Below, piece after piece: positions 35,051-43,568 of a stretch of 64,000 bases of DNA. The notes under the pieces are model-generated. The model made no database searches. It saw nothing but the letters and a program-made list of their open reading frames with translations, and was not told the origin of the DNA. The position numbers and the translations under genes are program-made. The first letter of the stretch is position 1; every line of letters begins with the position of its first letter. The stretch is taken from the NCBI GenBank assembly GCA_012813795.1, contig GCA_012813795.1_4087.1, one strand, 5' to 3'. The DNA is from a phage.

Positions 35051-35473
35051 TTACCCTTTCAATTGTTTCTCGATATGGAATGTATTGTATATCTTGTTGT
35101 ACACAGTGTCAATAATTTTCTTAACGTCTGCTAACTCTTCGACAGTTGTGCACACATCACTGATAGTACTTAACTGAAACAACTCTTCTTCAGTACTGTA
35201 CAGTGTTATATCAAATTTGTTGCGAAGTTCATCTTCGATAACGTATTGATTTGTGACAGTATATGATGCAATTTCAACATCCAACAACTTATCACCTTCA
35301 AAAACATTATAAATGAACACAAATGTTAGTTCTTCACTCTCATCATCACTGTAGCTTATATATACATTGTAATTTTCACCATGAAAATCAAGATTGTGCT
35401 CAAACCTATTATCAGGTACTAGTGAATCTATAGGCATTCCCTTTAACAAATCAAAACAATCTCTTGGGTTCAT
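35051..35473 (-). CDS. EE-x-FFQ motif family protein
   Basis: C-terminal STEEELFQLSTISD. Confidence 0.55.
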   Translation of the reverse strand: MNPRDCFDLLKGMPIDSLVPDNRFEHNLDFHGENYNVYISYSDDESEELTFVFIYNVFEGDKLLDVEIASYTVTNQYVIEDELRNKFDITLYSTEEELFQLSTISDVCTTVEELADVKKIIDTVYNKIYNTFHIEKQLKG

Positions 35474-35910
35474 TTTACATCCATTTGTCGCTGTTCATCA
35501 ATAAAAAAGATGTTAAAGATAGCTGAACGCATTTTTGTTAGCGTACTCATGAGATATTTTAAATCCTTGAAATCAATATTAAATGTTTGAACCAGTGATT
35601 CCTGGAAATACCCCTCTTCAGTAGTGCATTCACTTACATTTTGTACCTGATATATTTTGATAATATTATCATCACGAAGCATAATTTCTAAGTTATTGTT
35701 ATTAACATTGTGCACGATATACATCTGATCACCATATACCAGATTATTAACTGATAATGATAATACATTATTTTCAATAATAATCTTAAAGCAATTCTGA
35801 CCTACGTATGTGGTATTTTTAATTTGTTCTTCAGGATCAGTCAAACCATCGTTGATAAATTTAATTTTATTAAAAGTACTGATATATTTTTTAACTAATT
35901 TAATGTTCAT
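35470..35910 (-). CDS. EE-x-FFQ motif family protein
   Basis: C-terminal TTEEGYFQESLVQTF. Confidence 0.55.
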   Translation of the reverse strand: MNIKLVKKYISTFNKIKFINDGLTDPEEQIKNTTYVGQNCFKIIIENNVLSLSVNNLVYGDQMYIVHNVNNNNLEIMLRDDNIIKIYQVQNVSECTTEEGYFQESLVQTFNIDFKDLKYLMSTLTKMRSAIFNIFFIDEQRQMDVK

Positions 35911-36287
35911 TGCTTTACCTTAGATAGAGCATAATTCATTATTGACTTGATTTTTTGTAAATTGTCATATGACATTACATGTTTTTCAATTAATGATAGT
36001 TGAAATAATTCTTCTTCAGTTGAATTCAAGTAAACTTCTGAACCATCATAATTTTCAAAATCATAAAGGTATGAAAGACGGTCATCTATATACCAACCAA
36101 TCCATTCAATGGTGTTTCTTTCTTTGAAAACACAAGTATATGGATTATCTCTTGAATCTAAGGTTATGGTTAAACGTAAACATGAATTTGATTGTTGTAC
36201 ACTCTGTCTCCCATAATATACAGTAACCTCATCGGTTTCAATTGATTTATACAAAGCATCAATTTTTCTATCCAATTCATCTACCAT
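35907..36287 (-). CDS. EE-x-FFQ motif family protein
   Basis: C-terminal STEEELFQLSLIEKH. Confidence 0.55.
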   Translation of the reverse strand: MVDELDRKIDALYKSIETDEVTVYYGRQSVQQSNSCLRLTITLDSRDNPYTCVFKERNTIEWIGWYIDDRLSYLYDFENYDGSEVYLNSTEEELFQLSLIEKHVMSYDNLQKIKSIMNYALSKVKQ

Positions 36288-36691
36288 AATCTTACCCTTT
36301 TCAATGCTTTAACTTCGTCAGTGCACGGGAACACAACGAATCCAGTTAATGTTAGACCATCAAAATGGTTGAATCCATAATCATGAATCTTAGTTGCAGT
36401 GAATCCTTCAGCTTTCACTTTATCGAATAGATTAAGCATCTGTTCTTCAGATTTAGCCTTTAAGATAATCTTGCGGCGACCGTCCTGTACCCAAGTACTG
36501 AAATCGTTCAGGATCTTTTCATCTTCATCTCTTGGGTTCTCACCAACAGCATTACAACCACGAATTGATGTACCAGCAACTGTAACCGTGGACCAGATAG
36601 AATCAACCGCATGACCCGCCTGAGCAGCAAGCTTCCCAACTGGCATATCTAAGTCTTCACGAATGATTATGTAACATTTACTTACTGTCAT
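36281..36691 (-). CDS. pth2: peptidyl-tRNA hydrolase, PTH2 family
   Basis: IIREDLDMPVGKLAAQAGHAV and KIILKAKSEEQMLNLFDKVKAEGF match remembered PTH2 core motifs. Confidence 0.75.
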   Translation of the reverse strand: MTVSKCYIIIREDLDMPVGKLAAQAGHAVDSIWSTVTVAGTSIRGCNAVGENPRDEDEKILNDFSTWVQDGRRKIILKAKSEEQMLNLFDKVKAEGFTATKIHDYGFNHFDGLTLTGFVVFPCTDEVKALKRVRLW

Positions 36692-37103
36692 CTACAATCT
36701 CCTTTTCATATTGCTCAAGTATCGAATAGATCTTATTGGAAATGTCCAATGTTTTAACATAATCACAGTACCTGATACACCCAAAATCATACAAAGTACT
36801 AACCATAAAGAATTCTTCTTCAGAGTACTTCTTTTCATTGAATGTAATGGTATTTGTAATTTTTCCAGATTCTGAATATTTTACATAGATAATACTACCA
36901 TTACTTATGTAATCTAATGTCTCTGAATACTTTTCAATACTAGAACTATGTCTAAATTGAATTCCTACAGATTTATCATACCAAAGAGATTTATTTCCGT
37001 CAGTAAGTATAGCATAATCAATCTTACGTTTATCATTGACACACATACCACAATCGGTAATTTTTAGTTTAGTGATATCAATATTCAACAGATCACTTAT
37101 CAT
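36678..37103 (-). CDS. EE-x-FFQ motif family protein
   Basis: C-terminal SEEEFFMVSTLYDFG. Confidence 0.5.
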   Translation of the reverse strand: MISDLLNIDITKLKITDCGMCVNDKRKIDYAILTDGNKSLWYDKSVGIQFRHSSSIEKYSETLDYISNGSIIYVKYSESGKITNTITFNEKKYSEEEFFMVSTLYDFGCIRYCDYVKTLDISNKIYSILEQYEKEIVDDSK

Positions 37104-37527
37104 CCAATTCTCCGAATTTGGTTAGAGCAAACACTTTTGCCTCATCATGCAGTTTGTGAATTAGTATGATATTATCATATGTTAAATCTAGTACATTGTC
37201 AACAAGTGAACGTTGAAATAGTATCTCTTCAGATGTGATTTCATGGATGTTTTCTATCTTAATTTCATTGAATGTATCAGTTTCATTTTCTCGCGTACTC
37301 ATGATCAACGTACCACTCGTTGAAATGTATGATATCTTGGTATCCACACCATCAATGGTTGCGTACAGGCGAATTATTTCATATGAATCAGTTAATCTTA
37401 CATTAACCTTAATTTCATCCTCTGTACAAAACCACACACTTTTAGCAAAGAAATTGACACGTACTTTCATATCTTTAAGTTTATTATTTTGGAAATATTT
37501 TAGTACTTTTTTGAATGATATAATCAT
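37093..37527 (-). CDS. EE-x-FFQ motif family protein
   Basis: C-terminal TSEEILFQRSLVDNVLDLTYDNI. Confidence 0.55.
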   Translation of the reverse strand: MIISFKKVLKYFQNNKLKDMKVRVNFFAKSVWFCTEDEIKVNVRLTDSYEIIRLYATIDGVDTKISYISTSGTLIMSTRENETDTFNEIKIENIHEITSEEILFQRSLVDNVLDLTYDNIILIHKLHDEAKVFALTKFGELDDK

Positions 37528-37544
37528 ATGTATCTCCTTTAGTA

Positions 37545-37940
37545 CTATATCGCATAGTACTTAAATAATGTTTTTAGATCATCAATAGTGAATGGTAAAT
37601 CCTCCAAAAGCAACTGTTGAAAGTAATGCTCTTCGTCAAGATACTTATGTATATTGATGAATGATTTTCTATGATAATCCGCTTTCCATGTAGGTCTTGT
37701 ACCCTTAGTATATTCAGTGAATACAATTTTGTCCATACCATAATCATACACGAATTCATTCTTTTCTGCAACCCCCTGATACTTTAGTTTTACCGGTTCT
37801 TTGCTGATAGAAAATTTATGCTCAGATGATTCATAATAGAATGATGATTGCTGATATTTTGATAAATCAATCTTTGAAAAATCATTTAGATAATAAGAAA
37901 GTTTAATTGTGACGATGCTGCCTATTCGACGACCCAACAT
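37545..37940 (-). CDS. EE-x-FFQ motif family protein
   Basis: C-terminal DEEHYFQQLLLEDLPFTIDDL. Confidence 0.55.
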   Translation of the reverse strand: MLGRRIGSIVTIKLSYYLNDFSKIDLSKYQQSSFYYESSEHKFSISKEPVKLKYQGVAEKNEFVYDYGMDKIVFTEYTKGTRPTWKADYHRKSFINIHKYLDEEHYFQQLLLEDLPFTIDDLKTLFKYYAI

Positions 37941-38089
37941 ACTTTTATCCTAATATAAAAAATGCCCCTGGGAGGGGCAGTACGAAAAGATATAAAATGT
38001 ACAATAAGAAATGGAAAATATAATAAATTAATTTTATTATAGAAGGGAGGAAAAATAACATAATAATATGTTAGCCATTACTGGCATAA

Positions 38090-38641
38090 TTATTTATCAT
38101 TAAGCTCTTTTAATTTAGTCTGAACATCTAGTGTTAATTTTCTTAGTTTCTTAAAGACAAAAGCACTGTCATCTAGTTCAAGTTTCATACCATGTGTAAT
38201 GGCATAAAGAACTTCAGCTTTAGCCAAATCATGACGCATCCAATTACCATTCTTATAGAGAGTCATTACACAAAAAGGGCAAACACTTTCAGATGTTTGA
38301 TGACCAATAAAAACGGATTGTATCGTATCATGTTGGAAATTAATAAATGACTCGTTAATTTTTTGAATTTCTGCAATTACATCAAGTTTAGCATCCGTAT
38401 TAATAGCAAAAATATTGTTCCCGTTGTCATCAGTATTGATGTTTAGCTCTATATCAGAACCTATTTTGCGTACTGCCATTGTATAAAGCAATAACTCATA
38501 CATGTCATATGACGTTACATCACCGCTTGGTGCAGTAACGTTAAGGTTAACACCGTGATGTGTAACTTCAGTACTGAATCCTTCTTTATCTGCTAGGAAA
38601 TTTACAATTTGGTTCGTGAATTTTTGAATTTGTTCGATCAT
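38090..38641 (-). CDS. hypothetical protein
   Basis: 183-aa ORF. Confidence 0.5.
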   Translation of the reverse strand: MIEQIQKFTNQIVNFLADKEGFSTEVTHHGVNLNVTAPSGDVTSYDMYELLLYTMAVRKIGSDIELNINTDDNGNNIFAINTDAKLDVIAEIQKINESFINFQHDTIQSVFIGHQTSESVCPFCVMTLYKNGNWMRHDLAKAEVLYAITHGMKLELDDSAFVFKKLRKLTLDVQTKLKELNDK

Positions 38642-38718
38642 ATTAAGTACTCCTTTACTTTGTCTTATTTAACAAATGAATATAAGGCTCCCGATTGAGA
38701 GCCTTATTTCTTTTTATA

Positions 38719-39156
38719 TTATGCGGTTTCTTCTTCGAACTTAGCGACGATATCAACCATTTCATTGATTAGTTTGATATGGTCATAAGTTACTGAACGG
38801 AAATCTACAACAAGTGACTGTTGGAAGAATTCTTCTTCTGGCAACCCACCATCAAAGTTGAGATCAACATTCTCATCATCATTAGTTGGTGCAACCTTGA
38901 TGTTGAAACTATTTTCATCAACAACCAGTTTAACTACACAACCCAAGCAGATAGATAGTACATATGCTGGTTTCTTAGCTGCTTCTTTACGGAAAGGTGC
39001 ACGAAGAGCACATACTACGCTACTAATTTCATCACCTTCTTCTTTATATTTGACGGTAATCATTAGCTCTTCAACTTTAATCGCTTCAATTACACGAGAA
39101 GGGTTTTCTGCGAAGAATGGGTTGTTACGGATTACTTGTTCAAGATTCATATTCAT
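38719..39156 (-). CDS. EE-x-FFQ motif family protein
   Basis: C-terminal PEEEFFQQSLVVDFRSVTYDHI. Confidence 0.55.
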   Translation of the reverse strand: MNMNLEQVIRNNPFFAENPSRVIEAIKVEELMITVKYKEEGDEISSVVCALRAPFRKEAAKKPAYVLSICLGCVVKLVVDENSFNIKVAPTNDDENVDLNFDGGLPEEEFFQQSLVVDFRSVTYDHIKLINEMVDIVAKFEEETA

Positions 39157-39347
39157 TCCTTATTCATATCACTAAAGTTACGGAGATTGCGATTAGCTTT
39201 GAATTGTTTCAAATCACTGAATCGGTCATCAACCAAAAATGTTGCTGTTTCTGTTGCCTGACATGTTGTACAAACTAACATACCTTGTATTGTATACGCT
39301 GTATTGCAATTTGTACAGTACTTTTTTTCAATCAACTCGACGTTCAT
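39153..39347 (-). CDS. small zinc-ribbon protein
   Basis: CTNCN ... CTTCQ (two CxxC pairs). Confidence 0.45.
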   Translation of the reverse strand: MNVELIEKKYCTNCNTAYTIQGMLVCTTCQATETATFLVDDRFSDLKQFKANRNLRNFSDMNKE

Positions 39348-39679
39348 AAAACCTTCACATCACTACGTTTATTTCGTGCGTCTTTCTTTTCCTCATCAGT
39401 TCGTGTATCATCTAATTGTAACACAACTTCTTTAAGAATGTCAACATCAATTTCAGCTTCTACGTAATGAAAGTCATTGCGACCAAAAACATACTTCACT
39501 GCAACCCATACACGCTTGTACCATTTAAGAAAAGGATTCAAACGCATACTGACTGTACATTGACCAAGTTTATCATCACCGTGTTCTTCTGTCAAGTCAA
39601 ATTGTGCAATGTGAACACAATGTTCATTTTTATCACCACAAGTACAACGCAACATAAACTCTTTGCTATCTTTACTCAT
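39344..39679 (-). CDS. hypothetical Cys-rich protein
   Basis: 111-aa ORF. Confidence 0.45.
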   Translation of the reverse strand: MSKDSKEFMLRCTCGDKNEHCVHIAQFDLTEEHGDDKLGQCTVSMRLNPFLKWYKRVWVAVKYVFGRNDFHYVEAEIDVDILKEVVLQLDDTRTDEEKKDARNKRSDVKVL

Positions 39680-40137
39680 ACTGGATATGCCTTTTCAAAC
39701 GATTTCAGAACACCAAACTTAGCAGCATCGTAATCAAATTGATAACTCAATTCACGATTTTCATTCATACGATATACCATATGAAAGTTTGGATAACCAA
39801 TTCTAACAGGTTTATTAGAATTAGCAAGGAGAATTGCCCATTCTTTTACAGGGAACACATTTTCCTGTAACATTTTAAGATTACGTTCAAAGTACTTCAT
39901 AGCTTGTGTGCCAATCTTGTATTCTTGTTCAGTAATCTCATCAATCTCTACACTTTTGGATTCTAAATCAAAAACCCAATTGTTATCTTCGTAGTATAAA
40001 TCTTTTACATCATCGATGGTATATGAATCTGGAAGATCATAAAAAATCCACGCTGATGCCCCTGAACTGGTAATGATACGAATTTTATAATACTTCATCA
40101 CGATCCTCATTACTGTTAATGTAATAGTAACAGACAA
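39676..40137 (-). CDS. hypothetical protein
   Basis: 153-aa ORF; likely start at MKYYKIRI; promoter 40221..40249 upstream. Confidence 0.5.
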   Translation of the reverse strand: MSVTITLTVMRIVMKYYKIRIITSSGASAWIFYDLPDSYTIDDVKDLYYEDNNWVFDLESKSVEIDEITEQEYKIGTQAMKYFERNLKMLQENVFPVKEWAILLANSNKPVRIGYPNFHMVYRMNENRELSYQFDYDAAKFGVLKSFEKAYPV

Positions 40138-40220
40138 TACAGTGTATTACCAATAAAATTAGTTCTATGATGTTAAGCATAACCACATGTGATTGTGGGA
40201 ACACCAGAGCCAATATCAAC

Positions 40221-40249
40221 ATTATAGTTGGAATGACGAATATTGTCAA
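40221..40249 (-). promoter_or_regulatory. sigma70-type early promoter
   Basis: TTGACAATATTCGTCATTCCAACTATAAT on minus strand (17-bp spacer). Confidence 0.5.
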
Positions 40250-40263
40250 CTCTTTTTTCATGT

Positions 40264-40545
40264 TTATTCCTTAATATATGCATACGGCATAAAAACAACT
40301 TCAGCACCATCTACAGTATCAGCTATCACCTTAACAATACTTTCATTTTTGTTACATTGCCATACTTTTGTTATTTTATGCCTGAATACATTTCCATCTT
40401 TGACAATCCAGTACATGTTCATTTTAACAGTGCTTTCTTCACTTGGCACTAAAAGTTCATTTATTGGGGTTGCATCAAATGTTAGTTTGTTCATTTTTAT
40501 ATAAATCCAAAACATATTGTCCAAAATAAAGCTCAATAGCATCAT
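40264..40545 (-). CDS. hypothetical protein
   Basis: 93-aa ORF. Confidence 0.45.
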   Translation of the reverse strand: MMLLSFILDNMFWIYIKMNKLTFDATPINELLVPSEESTVKMNMYWIVKDGNVFRHKITKVWQCNKNESIVKVIADTVDGAEVVFMPYAYIKE

Positions 40546-40822
40546 TTACCATTTGAACCTCATTGCGATATATACCATTTCCACCACACACAGAACACAA
40601 ACACTGATACTGTGGTGTTTTTATTATAACACGACCAGCAGAAAATGACCTTATATCTTTTGCATAGTTCATCTCCATATATTCAAGTTCAAGAGTATGA
40701 TCTACATCCTTATTGTAACATATCCAACAAGTTCTTGAATGATTCATATCAGTTGAACCCCCATAAATGTGCAAATGAACTGTCATTTCTAACCAATTCT
40801 TTTGCATACGAACTAATTGCAT
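40475..40822 (-). CDS. small Cys-rich (zinc-ribbon-like) protein
   Basis: CWIC ... CSVCGG pairs; overlaps neighbouring ORFs so start is uncertain. Confidence 0.4.
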   Translation of the reverse strand: MQLVRMQKNWLEMTVHLHIYGGSTDMNHSRTCWICYNKDVDHTLELEYMEMNYAKDIRSFSAGRVIIKTPQYQCLCSVCGGNGIYRNEVQMVNDAIELYFGQYVLDLYKNEQTNI

Positions 40823-41024
40823 TCACAACCATAATATTAACACAATTCAACTCATGAAGAACAAGTTCATTACCACATAATGAACAAGATGTACTATAAA
40901 ATGGTGTTGGTAATTTTATATAGCCACCTCTTAATGGAAAGACTTGTTCCTCTATTGTCAACATTGTATCAGACGGAGTGACAAACATCTCACATTCAAG
41001 ACAACAAATTTTCACTTTATCCAT
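40749..41024 (-). CDS. small Cys-rich (zinc-ribbon-like) protein
   Basis: CCLEC ... CSLCGN pairs. Confidence 0.4.
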   Translation of the reverse strand: MDKVKICCLECEMFVTPSDTMLTIEEQVFPLRGGYIKLPTPFYSTSCSLCGNELVLHELNCVNIMVVNAISSYAKELVRNDSSFAHLWGFN

Positions 41025-41511
41025 TATTCATCTCCTTCAGTACAGTTCTGATATCCTCAAAGGTCTGAACAAACCAGCGGTGTTCATCACTAACATCAAT
41101 GATCTTACCACTATACAAATAATAATGCTCAAACTTCAGAGTACTTTTACGCAATCGTTCAGCAAGTTCAGGATTCTGCATTATTTTAGCACATATCGCA
41201 TCCTGGATTACATTTAATCGCTCAGGTGTCATCTCTATACGGTCATGCATATATGTGTTTGCAGCGGCTTTCGCTGCGGCTCCTGACACCTTTCTAAGTT
41301 CTTCATGCTGTTGTCCAGTGAGGAACCAGAAATAAAAAGACTCAACCGAAGGAAACCATCCATATGGTTCTAGTGTAAAGCTATGGGGAGAAAAATTAGA
41401 TAAATCTCTCCCTAGCTTAGTTTTCCCTTTACTGTAGATATTGATATGCGTGTATCCATCTTCAGTACAGTCAATGTAGTTTTTTGGTTGTTCATCAGGA
41501 AATTCAAACAT
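41017..41511 (-). CDS. NADAR/YbiA-like protein (possible ADP-ribose-processing enzyme)
   Basis: INIYSKGKTKLGRDLSNFSP ... PSVESFYFW resembles the remembered N-terminal core of E. coli YbiA. Confidence 0.55.
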   Translation of the reverse strand: MFEFPDEQPKNYIDCTEDGYTHINIYSKGKTKLGRDLSNFSPHSFTLEPYGWFPSVESFYFWFLTGQQHEELRKVSGAAAKAAANTYMHDRIEMTPERLNVIQDAICAKIMQNPELAERLRKSTLKFEHYYLYSGKIIDVSDEHRWFVQTFEDIRTVLKEMNNG

Positions 41512-41864
41512 TATTCTTCATCACCTGATGGTGTTCCGCGTAGTTTATCAAAATCTACCCAAATACCATGCTCATTTTTAAAACGACACTTACCATAGTA
41601 CCAGCTATAGTCAGTTTCGACACCTTGTGAATATGAGCGAACGCTACAATCATACATACCATAGAGATGGCCTTTTACACAGTATGTTCCAAATAACATA
41701 ACAACAAAAACAACGGCTGCACTGATTTTAGGAAAATCCATAACTAAATCGATAACAGAATTTTCTTGATGATTATCAATTTTAGAACGAATAGTTGAAA
41801 TAGTTTTCAGTACTAATACTGCTACAACCAATGAAACCAAAAGCACACATAAGTAAATCAACAT
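41511..41864 (-). CDS. hypothetical membrane protein
   Basis: 117 aa with two TM segments. Confidence 0.5.
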   Translation of the reverse strand: MLIYLCVLLVSLVVAVLVLKTISTIRSKIDNHQENSVIDLVMDFPKISAAVVFVVMLFGTYCVKGHLYGMYDCSVRSYSQGVETDYSWYYGKCRFKNEHGIWVDFDKLRGTPSGDEE

Positions 41865-41865
41865 A

Positions 41866-42414
41866 TTATTCTCCTAACATTCTTAATACATTAGAAATAA
41901 AGAACACATCAAATGGTTCTTTTGGATTTGCTACAGAATGCTGAAATGCATATTCATGAAAATTTTCACGGTCTAACCAATCTTCATTATTAACTAACAT
42001 TTTTTTCTCACCAAGAATCACACTATGTATAGATGTGAAAGATTCTGTTGATATGGTATATCCAACCAATGTACCTTTTTTAGTGAAATCGAAAGTACCA
42101 AAATAATTTCGGGTATATTGTCTTGTTCTATTTTCAAACATTCTTGCAATATTTTCTTTGTATGGATCAGAATATGGCTGACGATATATGGGGTCTAAAG
42201 ATCCAAACATTTCTATTTTAGATTGCAGGGTTATTAAATTATCCGTGATAAAAAAATGAACGCCTTTATATTCGAAATCCTTCTTACGATTATATGAAAA
42301 TACTGATACATCCCACTCTGATATTACCTGAACGAACTCATTAACACCTCTTTCCAGATCGGGGAGATATGGTAGATCTTTATTATCGTATTGCATGTTT
42401 ATAATCCTTTTCAA
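41866..42414 (-). CDS. hypothetical protein
   Basis: 182-aa ORF. Confidence 0.5.
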   Translation of the reverse strand: MKRIINMQYDNKDLPYLPDLERGVNEFVQVISEWDVSVFSYNRKKDFEYKGVHFFITDNLITLQSKIEMFGSLDPIYRQPYSDPYKENIARMFENRTRQYTRNYFGTFDFTKKGTLVGYTISTESFTSIHSVILGEKKMLVNNEDWLDRENFHEYAFQHSVANPKEPFDVFFISNVLRMLGE

Positions 42415-42964
42415 GATTTAATACTTCTAAAATACTAAATTTATTGGAACCCTCAATGTCTTTAATAAATGCATCTGGATTGTCTTCTAATGAATATATT
42501 TCACCATTGATAAGCGTTTTTTCATGTAGAATCATAGCTGACATAATCTTATTACCCATAGATTCTTTCTCAGGCGTTGTACCATTACTATTGGTGAAGT
42601 AAATGAAGTTACTTGGTAGTTCACTCCACTCAACTGATATGATATTTTTCATAGCTGTTGTTGTACAAACTTTAATATAACGCTCAATAATCGTATTGGA
42701 TGAAGTTGCCGCAATTGTCATTGGATGACCGTGGGCAATATTTACACCGCTTGGAACTGCGATAGATGATGATATATTTGGAACATTGGATTCAATTTTA
42801 GGTTCTTTTATCCCTAAAATAAATTCATAATGACGAGCATGATGCTTCATTTTAAAAATTATAGTATCTGATTCAAAACTATAAGGAAGAATTATATTAT
42901 CATATGCACGCTTTTTGATTTCTGCTATACGCTCGAACAACTTAAGAGTTTCATTATAAAACAT
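42383..42964 (-). CDS. hypothetical protein
   Basis: 193-aa ORF. Confidence 0.5.
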   Translation of the reverse strand: MFYNETLKLFERIAEIKKRAYDNIILPYSFESDTIIFKMKHHARHYEFILGIKEPKIESNVPNISSSIAVPSGVNIAHGHPMTIAATSSNTIIERYIKVCTTTAMKNIISVEWSELPSNFIYFTNSNGTTPEKESMGNKIMSAMILHEKTLINGEIYSLEDNPDAFIKDIEGSNKFSILEVLNLEKDYKHAIR

Positions 42965-43013
42965 AGTTTATATCCTATTAAAAAGGGAGTACATTATTGT
43001 ACTCCCCAAATAC

Positions 43014-43568
43014 TTACAATTTAATTACTTCCTGAATACCAGTTTCCATTGCTTTCTTAGTGCGAGTATCAGAAACGACAGTACACAAATGTTCAATATC
43101 TTTACTTGGGAATGTATTAGAATCGATGATTTTTGAGTTCCAGAATCCTTTACGGAATTTCTCATAATCAGTACATTGTTCAATTTTCATTTTCTGCAAG
43201 TTATTGAACTTCTCACGCCCTGCATCAATTGTAACCATCAACTCTTGATAAATCTTAGGATCAAGATTTGGAACTTGTTGTTGAATCTGTGACATTACAA
43301 ATTTCTGATCAACTCCTTCACGTCCCTTAAAGTACGCTTCGATTGTCTCTTTCAATGCATCCTTATATTTGTCCGATACTTGAACCTTTTCTTGAATAGT
43401 TAGTGTATAACTACTCAGTTGACTTTCAGATGCATCGTAGTACTTTTTAATATTACCTTCAAAATTCACTGCACTATCATGTACTGAACTATACATACTT
43501 ACAGTTGCAAACACACCAATAACAAAAATCACCAACATACCAACCAACAAAATCATAGGCTTATTCAT
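43014..43568 (-). CDS. membrane-anchored helical protein (possibly LemA-like)
   Basis: 184 aa; N-terminal TM helix then helical domain; LemA resemblance is weak. Confidence 0.35.
   Translation of the reverse strand: MNKPMILLVGMLVIFVIGVFATVSMYSSVHDSAVNFEGNIKKYYDASESQLSSYTLTIQEKVQVSDKYKDALKETIEAYFKGREGVDQKFVMSQIQQQVPNLDPKIYQELMVTIDAGREKFNNLQKMKIEQCTDYEKFRKGFWNSKIIDSNTFPSKDIEHLCTVVSDTRTKKAMETGIQEVIKL

Noticed and set aside
40100-40262. Small hydrophobic ORF (MKKELTIFVIP...)
   Set aside because: The sequence contains a perfect TTGACA-N17-TATAAT promoter for the downstream gene, so it was annotated as a promoter instead.
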